Both the position numbers and the translations under genes were made by a program. Source: Synechococcus sp. (GTDB lineage: Bacteria; Cyanobacteriota; Cyanobacteriia; PCC-6307; Cyanobiaceae). From it: 64,000 nucleotides of DNA. The stretch covers positions 2,400,136 to 2,464,135 of the forward strand of contig JBJBDC010000001.1 in NCBI GenBank assembly GCA_047285535.1, given 5' to 3'. This document shows, one piece after another, positions 21,398 to 31,917 of this stretch; the stretch's first letter is position 1; the number at the start of each line of letters is the position of its first letter. The notes under the pieces were generated by a model. That model was not told where the DNA came from. It saw only the letters and a list, made by a program, of their open reading frames with translations, and made no database searches.

Positions 21398-22462
21398 TTG
21401 ACGATCCGCGTTCTTGGACTTTCTCTCTATGGCCCTCAAGCTGCTAGCCACCGTGTTCGGCTTTCTCAATTTAAGCCTGGCTTGGCAGCTGCAGGTATTG
21501 ATTTGCATATTCAGTCTTTACTCGATAATAATTACTTGCAACGCAGTTTTTCCGGTCAGCGCCTCTCGCTGAGGGATCTATTCGCTGCATATGTCCGTCG
21601 TATCTACGCGTTGAACAATGCCTATCAATTTGATTTGGCGATTGTGTATGGCGATTTGCTTCCTTTTCTCCCTTGGTGGTTTGAGAAAAGGCTACTTAAG
21701 ATTCCTTTTATTTATGACTTCGACGACGCTTTTTATTTGAAGTACAGAAATGCAAGATTACCTATGTCGTCTCTCGCTGGTAAAATCGATAAAACTATAT
21801 CCCATGCCCTCGCCGTAACAGCTGGCAATATTGGGTTGGCTGTATATGCTCAACAGTTTAATGGTAACGTTTCGATTCTTCCGTCAGTTGTTGATACTGT
21901 CAAATATAAACTTGCAAGCTTCCCTTCGGTTTCTTCACTAAGAGGCCCTTTCACAATTGGTTGGATAGGTAGTCCTTCTACTGCCCCTTTTCTTCAGATT
22001 CTCGTTGAGCCTTTGCAAAGGCTGGCCTGCGAACGTCCTTTGCGTCTTATGTTAGTTGGTGGCTCTGCCCCTGCTATTAAAGGTGTAGAGGTCATTGAGC
22101 ACCCTTGGCATTTGGAGCACGAAGTGACTCTCATTCAAAAGTTCGATGTGGGAGTGATGCCGTTGCCAAACACCCCATGGACCCGCGGGAAGTGTGCCTA
22201 CAAGCTTATTCAGTGTATGGCCTGTGGCATTCCAGTGGTTGCTTCTGCAGTGGGTACCAATGTGGATGCCGTTCCTTCCGAATGTGGTCTGCTTGCTGAT
22301 TCTCCAGAAGATTGGCTCGATGCCCTTCAACGTCTGGCTGCTAATCCTGAGCTTCGTCAGCAGATGGGTTTGTCAGCTCGTCGCTGGGTGGAGGAACATT
22401 ACTCGTTGCGAAGTGCATTGCCCATATTGAAAAATGTGATCCATTCAGCAGATGTACATTGA
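21398..22462 (+). CDS. Glycosyltransferase family 4
   Basis: ASHRVR, YDFDDA, IGWIGS, GKCAYKLIQCMACGIPVVAS. Confidence 0.9.
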   Translation: MTIRVLGLSLYGPQAASHRVRLSQFKPGLAAAGIDLHIQSLLDNNYLQRSFSGQRLSLRDLFAAYVRRIYALNNAYQFDLAIVYGDLLPFLPWWFEKRLLKIPFIYDFDDAFYLKYRNARLPMSSLAGKIDKTISHALAVTAGNIGLAVYAQQFNGNVSILPSVVDTVKYKLASFPSVSSLRGPFTIGWIGSPSTAPFLQILVEPLQRLACERPLRLMLVGGSAPAIKGVEVIEHPWHLEHEVTLIQKFDVGVMPLPNTPWTRGKCAYKLIQCMACGIPVVASAVGTNVDAVPSECGLLADSPEDWLDALQRLAANPELRQQMGLSARRWVEEHYSLRSALPILKNVIHSADVH

Positions 22463-22597
22463 TTTTACTTCTTATCCAATTCCATATTGATTAAACCTCT
22501 CCATGGCCGCTTCTGTTTCCAATTTCTCTGTGTTACTTATTTCTCTATGTGTGACTTTGTCGGTTTGTCTCAGGCATGAGGGAGCTAATAACTCACT

Positions 22598-23650
22598 ATG
22601 ATTCCTTACCTATTGATGTGGGGCGTCTTGGCAGCCGCCGGATTGAGTGGGTCCCGTCGCATTACTTTATCTACTCTTTTAGCATTAGGATTATCACTCA
22701 CTCTGCTGATTGGCCTTCGTTATCAGGTTGGTGGCGACTGGTATAGGTATTTTGTTTACCTTGACAGAGCCTTTGGGCTCCCTTTCTGGGAAGTTATTCG
22801 TGAACCAGAGGCTGGTTATGTTCTTCTCAATTGGTTCGGCGCTAATTGGGGAGGAGGTGTTTTTTTAGTAAATTCTCTCTGTGGTCTTATTTTTTCTATA
22901 GGCCTACTCGCTTTCTGTCGTGCACAGCCGCGGCCCTGGCTATCTCTCATCATTGCCTTCCCCTATCTCATCATGGTAGTTGCTATGGGGTATTCACGGC
23001 AGGGTGTTGCCATTGGTTTAGAGATGTTGGCACTTCTCGCGCTGCAGAGGGAACGTCTGCTTCAGTTTTTGCTTGCGATAGCTCTGGCGGCTACCTTTCA
23101 CCGCACTGTTTTGGTGATGTTGATATTGCCAATTTCCACTTTGAGGGGGTCGTTGCAATTTTCGCAGATTTTACGGATTGGATTATTGGTCGGGGCAGGC
23201 TACGGACTCTATTCCTCCTCAATCGCTCCTAATATTGAATATTACAGACTAGGTTATTTAGAAGCTGAGTATCAATCTCAAGGCGCTCTGATTCGGGTGG
23301 CACTTTGCTTATTACCTGCTCTGACCTTTCTCTTCAACCGTAGTGCTTTCCGTCTTACTTCGAATCTGCGTCGCATCTGGAGTTTGATGAGCTGGATGGC
23401 TGTGGCCGCTGCTATTGGCTTGTTTACGGTGGCATCTTCCACTGCCATCGATAGGCTCGCGCTGTATTTAATCCCATTACAGCTTTTTGTAGGTGCTCGT
23501 TTGCCTGATACCCGTATGTTGGGGTTCAACCCTGTTAAATGGAATCAGTTCTTAATTCTTCTCTCTCTGGTGGTCCTTCTGGTTTGGTTGATATTTGCTG
23601 GGCATGCGTTCGCTTGGTTGCCTTATCGCAATTTGATTTTTTCGTTTTGA
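22598..23650 (+). CDS. EpsG family membrane protein (putative Wzy-type polymerase)
   Basis: About 10 TM helices; GLRYQVGGDW..Y, E.GY, RQGVA, FH, DRLALY. Confidence 0.85.
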   Translation: MIPYLLMWGVLAAAGLSGSRRITLSTLLALGLSLTLLIGLRYQVGGDWYRYFVYLDRAFGLPFWEVIREPEAGYVLLNWFGANWGGGVFLVNSLCGLIFSIGLLAFCRAQPRPWLSLIIAFPYLIMVVAMGYSRQGVAIGLEMLALLALQRERLLQFLLAIALAATFHRTVLVMLILPISTLRGSLQFSQILRIGLLVGAGYGLYSSSIAPNIEYYRLGYLEAEYQSQGALIRVALCLLPALTFLFNRSAFRLTSNLRRIWSLMSWMAVAAAIGLFTVASSTAIDRLALYLIPLQLFVGARLPDTRMLGFNPVKWNQFLILLSLVVLLVWLIFAGHAFAWLPYRNLIFSF

Positions 23651-23654
23651 GCTG

Positions 23655-24833
23655 ATGTCTTGCTACAAGGTGCTTCTGGTTGCCAATACTAGTTGGTACC
23701 TTTACAACTTTCGCTTACCTCTCATTCGAGATCTGCGCGATCTTGGTTATGACGTGAGTTTGGTCGCTCCTCATGACGATCACACTCCTCTTTTAGAGGC
23801 AGAGGGATTTATTGTTCATCCCTGGCTAGTTGCACGTAGTTCCGTTAATCCTTTAACTGAAGCACATGCACTGGTGGACTTGCTACGCATCTATCGACGC
23901 GAAAATCCAGATCTGGTTCACCACTTCACAATCAAGGCTTGCCTTTACGGCACAATCGCCGCAAAAGGAGCTCGTACATATCGAGTCATTAATGCCGTCA
24001 CTGGTCTGGGCCATGTGTTCCTTGGGAAGAGAAAACGTAGCCGTTTGCTGCGCAAAATGATCAAGCCGGTTTACAAGGCAACATTCAAAGCTCGGCGCGC
24101 CACTGTGGTGTTTCAGAACGCTGATGATCAGGAGAAGTTGATTCAGCTTGGTATCACCGATGGCGAGCGTGCCCATTTAATTCGAGGCTCTGGTGTTGAT
24201 ATTGAACGGTTCAAGCCCCAATATGATTCTGCTGGTCGTTTTCATGATCCCTTGCAGCTTGTGTTCCCTTCTCGCCTGATTCGTGAGAAAGGCACGGTTG
24301 AATTACTTCAGGCTTGCCGAACACTGTGGGAAGATGGCATTGAGCTTGAGTTGTTAGTGGCCGGTGCACTTGATAGTGGCAACCGTTCATCCCTTACTGA
24401 TTCTGAACTAGAGGATCTACAGACCAATCGCCGCATTCGTTGTTTGGGTCATATCAATAATATGCAGGATCTGTATGCCGTTAGTGACATTGTGGTGCTG
24501 CCATCTTGGCGCGAGGGCCTCTCCCGAGCCTTGATTGAAGCCGCGTCCATGGAACGGCCGATCATCACAACTGATGTGCCAGGTTGCCGTGATGTTGTCG
24601 AACATGGCCGCACTGGCCTTTTGGTGCCAGTGCGTGATCGTCGTTCGATTGAGCTAGCGATTCGATTGATGCTTGAAAACCCAGATTTAGCTAGACGCTG
24701 CGGGAAAGCGGCTCGCAAAAAGGTGGTTGCTGAATTTCAAGTATCACTGGTGAATGATTGCACCTTGAGACAATACAAACGTCTGCTTGGAACTCCTCTC
24801 AATCGAAAGCCCTTCCTCAAGGGAGTCTTTTGA
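23655..24833 (+). CDS. Glycosyltransferase family 4 (CapM/PglA-like)
   Basis: NFRLPLI, HHFTIK, TGLG, FQNADD, GSGVD, PSWREGLSRALIEAASM, TTDVPGCR. Confidence 0.92.
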   Translation: MSCYKVLLVANTSWYLYNFRLPLIRDLRDLGYDVSLVAPHDDHTPLLEAEGFIVHPWLVARSSVNPLTEAHALVDLLRIYRRENPDLVHHFTIKACLYGTIAAKGARTYRVINAVTGLGHVFLGKRKRSRLLRKMIKPVYKATFKARRATVVFQNADDQEKLIQLGITDGERAHLIRGSGVDIERFKPQYDSAGRFHDPLQLVFPSRLIREKGTVELLQACRTLWEDGIELELLVAGALDSGNRSSLTDSELEDLQTNRRIRCLGHINNMQDLYAVSDIVVLPSWREGLSRALIEAASMERPIITTDVPGCRDVVEHGRTGLLVPVRDRRSIELAIRLMLENPDLARRCGKAARKKVVAEFQVSLVNDCTLRQYKRLLGTPLNRKPFLKGVF

Positions 24834-24837
24834 GCTG

Positions 24838-26796
24838 ATGTGTGGGGTTGTAGGTCTTTGGCGTGATGCGGTTGTCTCGCAGGTTTTTGATCTTCAGCAT
24901 TCCGCCTCTGTGATGGCAGCGGCGGTTAGCCATCGTGGTCCTGATGATGCAGGAGTGTGGACGGATCCCACTGCTGGTGTGGCTCTGGCCCATCATCGTC
25001 TCGCAATTCTGGATCTCACGCCTGCCGGTCATCAGCCGATGCTCAGCTCTGGTGGTCGTTATGTAATTGCTTTCAATGGTGAGATCTACAACCACCTCAG
25101 TCTTCGTAAGGAATTAGAGAATAAATGCCTTGTGCACCAGCACTGGCGTGGCCATTCTGATACCGAAACCCTGCTCGCTGCGATCGGAGCCTGGGGATTG
25201 ACAGCAGCTCTGTCGCGATGTGCTGGCATGTTTGCCTTGGCTCTTTGGGACAGGCATGAGCGGAAGCTTCATCTAGCCCGTGATCGCTTCGGGGAGAAGC
25301 CGTTGTATTGGGGATGGATGCAGCAGGCTGGTCAGCGTGTGCTGGTGTTTGCCTCGGAGCTCTCGGCTCTCAGAGCCTTGCCTGGTGCCTCTGTCCCTGC
25401 CGTCAACCCAGATGCCTTGGCGGCCTTTTTCCGCTGCGGCTGCTTGCCTGCACCGTTCTCGATTTACTCCGGCTTGCAGCAGCTTCCGCCTGGCCATCAC
25501 CTAGTCATTAGCAACCCTCAACAGGAAGCTGTATCTCAGCCATGGTGGAGACTTTCACAGCAATCCAGTCAGGCCTTTGCTAAGCAAACGGATGCTGCTA
25601 AGCAATCCGAGCAAGCATTGATTGATCAGTTGGAGGCCACCTTGCAAGAGGTGATTGCAGAGCAGGCTCTGGCTGATGTGCCTCTTGGGGCTTTCCTTTC
25701 CGGTGGCATAGATTCGTCGTTGATCGCGGCCCTCCTCCAGGCCAACAGCAATCGGCCGGTTCGCAGTTTCACGATTGCCTTCCCCGACGAAGGAGGCGGA
25801 GAAGCCGGCTTCAATGAAGCGCCTTATGCCGCAGCAGTAGCCGCCCATTTGGGTACTCATCACAACGAAGTGGCCCTCACCGCGGCTGATGCACGCGACT
25901 TGATCCCCCTCTTGTCTCAGCTCTATTGCGAACCATTTGCTGATTCCTCCCAACTTCCTACCCATTTGGTCTGCCGAGAAGCGCGACGTAGCGGGCTCAC
26001 GGTGGCCCTTTCTGGCGATGGCGGTGATGAACTGTTTGGTGGTTACAACCGCCATCGTCTGGCGCCAAAACTGCATCAGCAGCTGGGCTGGATGCCATCG
26101 CTGCTGCGTCGGGTGCTGGCCCGCGCCTTGGAGCAGGTACCCGTGCGGGAGCAGGGACTGGCTCGCGACAAACGCCGAAAATTGGCAGCGTCCGTCCGCG
26201 CCAGCGGCTCTTTGGCCGCGTTGCACCATTCGCTTACCAGCATTTGGCCTAATCCAGCTGCGCTGCTCTCTTCATCACTGGCACTCGGAGAAACAAGCAT
26301 CGGTTTAGAGGGTTGGTCGTTGCCGGAGGCCCCATCAGTTGCTGAGCAGTTGATGCTGGCCGATACCAGCGACTATCTACCCAACGATATTTTGGTGAAA
26401 GTCGACCGGGCGGCGATGGCGGCCAGCCTGGAAACTCGGTCGCCCTTCCTCGATCATCGCGTCGCCAACTTGGCGTGGCAGTTGCCGTTGGCCCTAAAGC
26501 TGCGTGATGGGGAAGGGAAGTGGGCCCTGCGTCAGCTGCTTGATCGCTATCTGCCCCGTGCCTTCTTTGATCGTCCTAAAGCAGGCTTTTCGATGCCGAT
26601 TGGGCCTTGGTTGCGTGGTCCTTTGAGGCCTTGGGCGGAAGATTTACTCGATCCTGCATTGATTCGCCGCCAAGGTTGGCTTAAGCCTGAGCCGATACAA
26701 CATCTCTGGAGTGCCCATTTAGGTGGCTCCGATCACACCCCCCAGCTCTGGAGTGTACTGATGTGGCAATCCTGGTTTGCGCAGTGGCATCCCTGA
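24838..26796 (+). CDS. asnB: Asparagine synthase (glutamine-hydrolysing)-type amidotransferase, polysaccharide-cluster type
   Basis: Ntn start MCG, HRGPD, FNGEIYN, RDRFGEKPLY, LSGGIDSS, LSGDGGDELFGGY. Confidence 0.92.
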   Translation: MCGVVGLWRDAVVSQVFDLQHSASVMAAAVSHRGPDDAGVWTDPTAGVALAHHRLAILDLTPAGHQPMLSSGGRYVIAFNGEIYNHLSLRKELENKCLVHQHWRGHSDTETLLAAIGAWGLTAALSRCAGMFALALWDRHERKLHLARDRFGEKPLYWGWMQQAGQRVLVFASELSALRALPGASVPAVNPDALAAFFRCGCLPAPFSIYSGLQQLPPGHHLVISNPQQEAVSQPWWRLSQQSSQAFAKQTDAAKQSEQALIDQLEATLQEVIAEQALADVPLGAFLSGGIDSSLIAALLQANSNRPVRSFTIAFPDEGGGEAGFNEAPYAAAVAAHLGTHHNEVALTAADARDLIPLLSQLYCEPFADSSQLPTHLVCREARRSGLTVALSGDGGDELFGGYNRHRLAPKLHQQLGWMPSLLRRVLARALEQVPVREQGLARDKRRKLAASVRASGSLAALHHSLTSIWPNPAALLSSSLALGETSIGLEGWSLPEAPSVAEQLMLADTSDYLPNDILVKVDRAAMAASLETRSPFLDHRVANLAWQLPLALKLRDGEGKWALRQLLDRYLPRAFFDRPKAGFSMPIGPWLRGPLRPWAEDLLDPALIRRQGWLKPEPIQHLWSAHLGGSDHTPQLWSVLMWQSWFAQWHP

Positions 26797-27563
26797 TGTT
26801 TTTAATCAGCAAGATCGTTCCTTTGTTGTTGTTACCCCTTGGGGTTGCGATATTACTCCTGCTTTGGGGCGGAATTCGCGGCAGACGCTGGCCTGGGATC
26901 AGTGCTTTGGCTGTGCTCTTGATCTTCGCTACGCCGCTGACTTCCGAGGTGCTCTGGCGTTGGTTGGAGCAGCCTTATCTCCGCCGCACTGCTGCAGCTG
27001 TCCTTCAAAATGCCAGACCTGCTGCAGTGGTGGTGCTTGGTACCGGCCGCCATCCCGCTCCTGGACCTGCACAGGCCAGTGAATGGAGCGATGCTGATCG
27101 TTTTTTTGCAGGTTTGGATGCCTTTGCCCAACTTCAGAAGCACGGAGACAAACCACGGCTGATTTTTACCGGTGGCTGGTGGCCCACTCAACCAGATCTT
27201 CCTCCAGAAGGGGATGTGTTGCGTGACCGTGCTATTGCTCTAGGCGTTCCAGCTGATGCCGTGGTCAGTACCGCCAGAGTCCGCAACACCGCTGATGAGG
27301 CGAAGGAAGTCGCAGGAATGCTCCCAACTGCTAGCACAGTGATGCTGGTCACCTCAGCTTTTCATATGCCTCGCGCTTCGCGTTTGTTTGAGCGGACTGG
27401 CCTTACCGTTCTGCCTTTTGCCGTGGATTTCCAGGCCAGCGGCGCTTGGGCAGGGCATCCACTGCGTAATCCCCTCAACTACCTCCCAACGGCTGCAGGG
27501 CTACAGAGCAGCAGCAGTGCCATCAGAGAGGCAATCGGTCGTACAATTTATAATTCATGGTGA
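26796..27563 (+). CDS. YdcF/ElyC (DUF218) family envelope protein
   Basis: N-terminal TM helices; VVLG, FTGG, RNTADEA, LVTSAFHMPRA. Confidence 0.88.
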   Translation: MFLISKIVPLLLLPLGVAILLLLWGGIRGRRWPGISALAVLLIFATPLTSEVLWRWLEQPYLRRTAAAVLQNARPAAVVVLGTGRHPAPGPAQASEWSDADRFFAGLDAFAQLQKHGDKPRLIFTGGWWPTQPDLPPEGDVLRDRAIALGVPADAVVSTARVRNTADEAKEVAGMLPTASTVMLVTSAFHMPRASRLFERTGLTVLPFAVDFQASGAWAGHPLRNPLNYLPTAAGLQSSSSAIREAIGRTIYNSW

Positions 27564-27770
27564 AAAAATATTATCAAAATCTGATTGATATACCCATGCT
27601 CTTTGGTATTAGAGCTTAAATGTCCCCTGTATTTATTTGCTCGCTTGCAGTTTGCGCCTATGTTTAAGATTCACGCGATGCTTTAGAACTATTTAAGCTC
27701 TTTAGTTCTTAGAGATGGCTATTGAAATTTTTTTAGTGTCTTCCAAGATTCAAGCGAGGAGGAAATACAG

Positions 27771-28916
27771 GTGAATAGGAAAAAAATTGTATTGCTTGTT
27801 AATTCTCTTTCAGAAACTGGAGGTGTCACGACAAGGTGTAATGCTATGTATCGCCACATATGCAAGAATTATATTTGTGAAATTATTGAATTAAAGTCAT
27901 TTATTGGTCAACAAAAATTGATTGCTTTAAATCCTGTAAGTTTTTTTCGCCTTGCAAATGCTTTGAAAGTCAGATTGAATAGTGATATTTTTGATATAGT
28001 TGTAATTAGCTTCTCGGACTTGCCCAATCTTGTAAATAGCTTGTTAAGCCGAAATTCGATAATATCAATTACCGGTATTCCGGAAAAAAGAAATGGTGTT
28101 AGTTTTTTGAGATATTTGTTATGGAGGCATTGCTTGAATAGTATTTCAGTACTTCTTTGTAAAAAAATTGTTCCATGCAGTCCAGTCGTAATTTCTAAGT
28201 TCGCAATTAATCTTCCCACTGTTAAAGATAAAATTTATTATATCAATGGATTTCTTGATGAATTTCGGCTAAAGCAAAATGAGGAGCTTGCAGAAGCTAT
28301 AAATACCAAATTTCCAAAAAGATATTTTTTATATATTGGTCGCATTGATAAGAACAAATCTGTAGATAAGATCATAGAATCATATCTTATTTATACTGGC
28401 TTAGTACACAATAAAGCCAATATAATTCCATTAGTGATTATTGGATCAGGCCCGTTAGAAACGTATTGTAGAAAAATAAGCGACTGTCATGGATTGACTC
28501 GCAATTCATTACTTCGTAGAAAAAAAAGTAAACCTTCTATTTATTTTTTGCCAGATACGGAGGATGGATATACTTATATTCTTAATGCAAAAGTTGTACT
28601 GTTGGGATCTAAATCTGAAGGATTTTCTAATGTTGCCCTCGAAAGCATTTACGCTAACACACCAATCTTCTTAGCTGCAAATAAGGGGAATCAGTTTTTG
28701 TGTGATTATATTAATTACAATCGGATTTCATCTTCTGTCAAACTACTGCCATTGCTTAATTCCAAGAAATCTACATCAATATGGGCATCATATATGCAAA
28801 TATATGCAAGTATAAAATATCCATGCTTAGAAACAGGTTTACGTGAGAATGTGATTCAAAATTGCTCAGCTGAGGTTAACATAAAAAAATGGATCAAAAT
28901 CCTAAATGAATGTTGA
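27771..28916 (+). CDS. Glycosyltransferase family 4
   Basis: YIGRIDKNK, IGSGPL, SKSEGFSNVALES. Confidence 0.82.
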   Translation: MNRKKIVLLVNSLSETGGVTTRCNAMYRHICKNYICEIIELKSFIGQQKLIALNPVSFFRLANALKVRLNSDIFDIVVISFSDLPNLVNSLLSRNSIISITGIPEKRNGVSFLRYLLWRHCLNSISVLLCKKIVPCSPVVISKFAINLPTVKDKIYYINGFLDEFRLKQNEELAEAINTKFPKRYFLYIGRIDKNKSVDKIIESYLIYTGLVHNKANIIPLVIIGSGPLETYCRKISDCHGLTRNSLLRRKKSKPSIYFLPDTEDGYTYILNAKVVLLGSKSEGFSNVALESIYANTPIFLAANKGNQFLCDYINYNRISSSVKLLPLLNSKKSTSIWASYMQIYASIKYPCLETGLRENVIQNCSAEVNIKKWIKILNEC

Positions 28917-29134
28917 GTATATAATAAACATGTTGAATTTGAATGGTCTACAATCAAAGAAAATTAATCATAAATAATAGGCAACAACGTTGTCGACAGG
29001 ATAAAGAGTTTATTTGTCAATATTAACCTGAGGCATTAACTAGCTTGTGAAATGTTATTTAGAATTGCAGACCAGTTTGTTTTGGCTCGACTTAGAATCT
29101 TTCAACAAAAAGACCAATGTGATACAGTACTTAT

Positions 29135-30007
29135 ATGGAAAGAAACGAACACCCAAGCGTAGATATAGTAACACCTATACACAACAGGTCTCAATATCTT
29201 GCTCCCCTTTACTATTCAATTGCCAGTCAGGATATCATTAAAAATTGGATCGTGATAGATGACGGTTCAGATGATTCTCCAGAAATTGTTATCGAATCTC
29301 TTCCGAAATTATCTTCATTGAATATCGTCTATAGGCGTATAGCCAAATCTGGCATTAATTCGGCCATGAATGTTGCCTTTAGCCTTTTAAGTAGTGATTA
29401 TTTTTTAAAAGTTGATTCGGATGATTTGTTGTCTAATGATTTTTCTTGTTGTTTTCGTAAGGCCTATACAATACTGAAAGAGCAAAGTAAATTGTCTTGT
29501 GTCTATGGGTTTTCTTTTCGGACTTCAAGCCCATCTGGGGAATTGATTGGGAAGCTTGATATACCTTATAAGTATAGAATTAGTACTAACCCTCCTATTT
29601 ATATTTGCAAATACTCCTATATTAGAGTCTATGGTGATAAATCATATGGAGATTTGGCAGATTGCTTTGAATCAGAAATGGTTAAACACCATTTTAGATA
29701 CCCTTCCTTTGCTCATGAGACACATGCTCCCGCTAGTTTGTTGCATGTATCATGTGAAATATTGAATTCTAATTCTAGTATTGCTTTTATCGATTGCTCC
29801 GTTAAAATAAAAGAATATTTGCCAGACGGCATTTCCTCATTAAAATTGAATAGTCTCGAAAAAAATCCTCAAGCATATTTGCTTCTTGCTCTTCACCATG
29901 CATCATTTCCCTTACTCTCCTTAAATGCTAGAATTAGTATTTTAAAAAGTATTCTAAGAGCAATTTTTTATATAACTCTTGGTTTCATGATCAGGGTTTT
30001 TCGATGA
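29135..30007 (+). CDS. Glycosyltransferase family 2
   Basis: IVTPIHNR, WIVIDDGSDD, KVDSDD. Confidence 0.88.
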   Translation: MERNEHPSVDIVTPIHNRSQYLAPLYYSIASQDIIKNWIVIDDGSDDSPEIVIESLPKLSSLNIVYRRIAKSGINSAMNVAFSLLSSDYFLKVDSDDLLSNDFSCCFRKAYTILKEQSKLSCVYGFSFRTSSPSGELIGKLDIPYKYRISTNPPIYICKYSYIRVYGDKSYGDLADCFESEMVKHHFRYPSFAHETHAPASLLHVSCEILNSNSSIAFIDCSVKIKEYLPDGISSLKLNSLEKNPQAYLLLALHHASFPLLSLNARISILKSILRAIFYITLGFMIRVFR

Positions 30008-31149
30008 AAACGGTATTAATTATTTCTCATCGATTAGGTATTGGCGGTACTGAGAAAACAATCCACTACCTATCAAAATACCTACTAGATCATGAATGGA
30101 TAGTTCATGTGTTTTGCATAGGACCTAAGCTTGAACATCCAGCAATGTTTTTTGATCCAAGGATCACTATCATTAATAGTAATTATCAAGCAAGATGTTC
30201 ACCCCAGTTGTTTTTGCTTATATCCGACCTGATTCGTAATATTAGAAGTATAAAACCTGATATCTTGCTTTCTTTTTTGTCTATACCTTCCATTCTTACG
30301 ATTATCTCTAATCTTTTTTTTCATATCCCTCATATTGCTTCGGAAAGAAACAACCCGATACTTTTACCTGGACAAAGCAGGTATTGGAAGTTTTTACGTT
30401 ACCTGCTTTACTTTAGATTGAATTCTCTCGTCGTTCAGTCTAATGTATTGGCCATGAAGTTTAGAGAGATTTTGGTAGCCCCTCCGCCTATCAATGTTAT
30501 CAGAAATGCCGTTCAACTTATTGACAAAGATACTACTAATAAGCGTACTTTTCCCGTGCCTCCTTATTCCTTGGTTTCAAAAATTCGTTTTTTATTCTTA
30601 GGACGACTTGAGTACCAGAAGGGAGTTGATCTTCTTGTCCAAGCATTTCCAGATGTATATTTAAACCTACTTCACAAAGGCATCTCCTGTGAACTTTTAA
30701 TTGTAGGTAGTGGTTCTATGAAGAGTCAGTTAAATAGCATCATCATTGAACCTAGATTCTTTGATGCTAAACATAAAATTAAGATGGTACCTGAAACCCT
30801 TGATATAGTGAAATGGTTTTCATATTCAGATATATTAGTCATTCCCTCGCGTTCAGAAGGGTTTCCTAATGTATTGCTTGAAGCATGGTCATTTGGGCTT
30901 CCAGTGATCGCTAGTGTTGCATCTTTAGCCGGTACGGATATAAATCGAGGTAGTGTACTGATTTACCATAACAGTATTAATGGGGACCTTGCCGAAAAGA
31001 TGATTGATTTACCTTTGTCTAATAATTCTCTTCGTAGTCAACTCTTTTGCAATGCCGCCAACGAGCTTAAGAATTATGACTTATCACGGATTTTGCCTCA
31101 ATGGCTTGAGCTGTTGACAAAACATTCATCTAATGGGATTGAATACTAG
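30004..31149 (+). CDS. Glycosyltransferase family 4 (AmsD/PglH-like)
   Basis: GGTEK, SERNNP, LGRLEYQKG, PSRSEGFPNVLLEAWSFGLP. Confidence 0.9.
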   Translation: MKTVLIISHRLGIGGTEKTIHYLSKYLLDHEWIVHVFCIGPKLEHPAMFFDPRITIINSNYQARCSPQLFLLISDLIRNIRSIKPDILLSFLSIPSILTIISNLFFHIPHIASERNNPILLPGQSRYWKFLRYLLYFRLNSLVVQSNVLAMKFREILVAPPPINVIRNAVQLIDKDTTNKRTFPVPPYSLVSKIRFLFLGRLEYQKGVDLLVQAFPDVYLNLLHKGISCELLIVGSGSMKSQLNSIIIEPRFFDAKHKIKMVPETLDIVKWFSYSDILVIPSRSEGFPNVLLEAWSFGLPVIASVASLAGTDINRGSVLIYHNSINGDLAEKMIDLPLSNNSLRSQLFCNAANELKNYDLSRILPQWLELLTKHSSNGIEY

Positions 31150-31917
31150 ATGGATAAATTAAATCTTATATTTGTATGGATCCCTAAAAATGGAGGATCT
31201 ACTGTTTATGCATCATGTAAATCACCTTTGGGTATAATAAAACAGAAATCCCTGCCCAATGAAGAGATATCGACAGGAATTTATACATTTGTACATCAGT
31301 CACTCAAGCAACTTGTAAGTAAAGGTTATGTCTCTAAGAGCTATGTTCAGAATGCTTATAAATTTGCTGTATCTCGATGTCCTTATGAAAGAGCTGTCTC
31401 TCTATATTGTTATTTAAAAAATATATCAAAAGCAAGATTGACCCCATTCTTTTCACGATCACCAACCTTTCTCGAATATCTACAGACTCTAGAAAAGCGT
31501 GGATTTCTTCCATTGGATGTTGGCAAGTATCATTGGCGCCAATTTTCAAATCCTCAATCTATTTGGCTTAATGAGTACCCTTTGGATCAGGTGATTCCAC
31601 TCCAAAATCTTGAAGTTTCCCTGAATGAACTTTGCTACCGCTTCACTTTACGGCACTCTAGTTTCTCTATTGTCAACACCAATCCCCATAATGAATGGAA
31701 GACTTTTTATTGTCGAGATAGTAAACAATTAGTTGAGTTCTTGTACGAACGAGACTTTAATGAATTAGAGCATTTCAATGTATTTGAATTCGATGTTCCT
31801 GATAAACGCACTTTTCTTCTGACAGATGAATATGAATTGCCTTCTCGTATGCGCTCAAGAGCTATTAAATTTTTATCGTTAGCCTCAAGGTTATCTCACA
31901 AATCCGAAAGGGATTGA
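31150..31917 (+). CDS. Sulfotransferase family 2 protein
   Basis: 5'-PSB-like FVWIPKNGGST, 3'-PB-like FAVSRCPYERAVSLY, C-terminal LYERDF. Confidence 0.78.
   Translation: MDKLNLIFVWIPKNGGSTVYASCKSPLGIIKQKSLPNEEISTGIYTFVHQSLKQLVSKGYVSKSYVQNAYKFAVSRCPYERAVSLYCYLKNISKARLTPFFSRSPTFLEYLQTLEKRGFLPLDVGKYHWRQFSNPQSIWLNEYPLDQVIPLQNLEVSLNELCYRFTLRHSSFSIVNTNPHNEWKTFYCRDSKQLVEFLYERDFNELEHFNVFEFDVPDKRTFLLTDEYELPSRMRSRAIKFLSLASRLSHKSERD

Noticed and set aside
25555..26308. Long antisense and alternative-frame ORFs in asnB (similarly in the SLC13, rimM and rnc genes)
   Set aside because: Expected shadow ORFs in GC-rich coding DNA; no motifs
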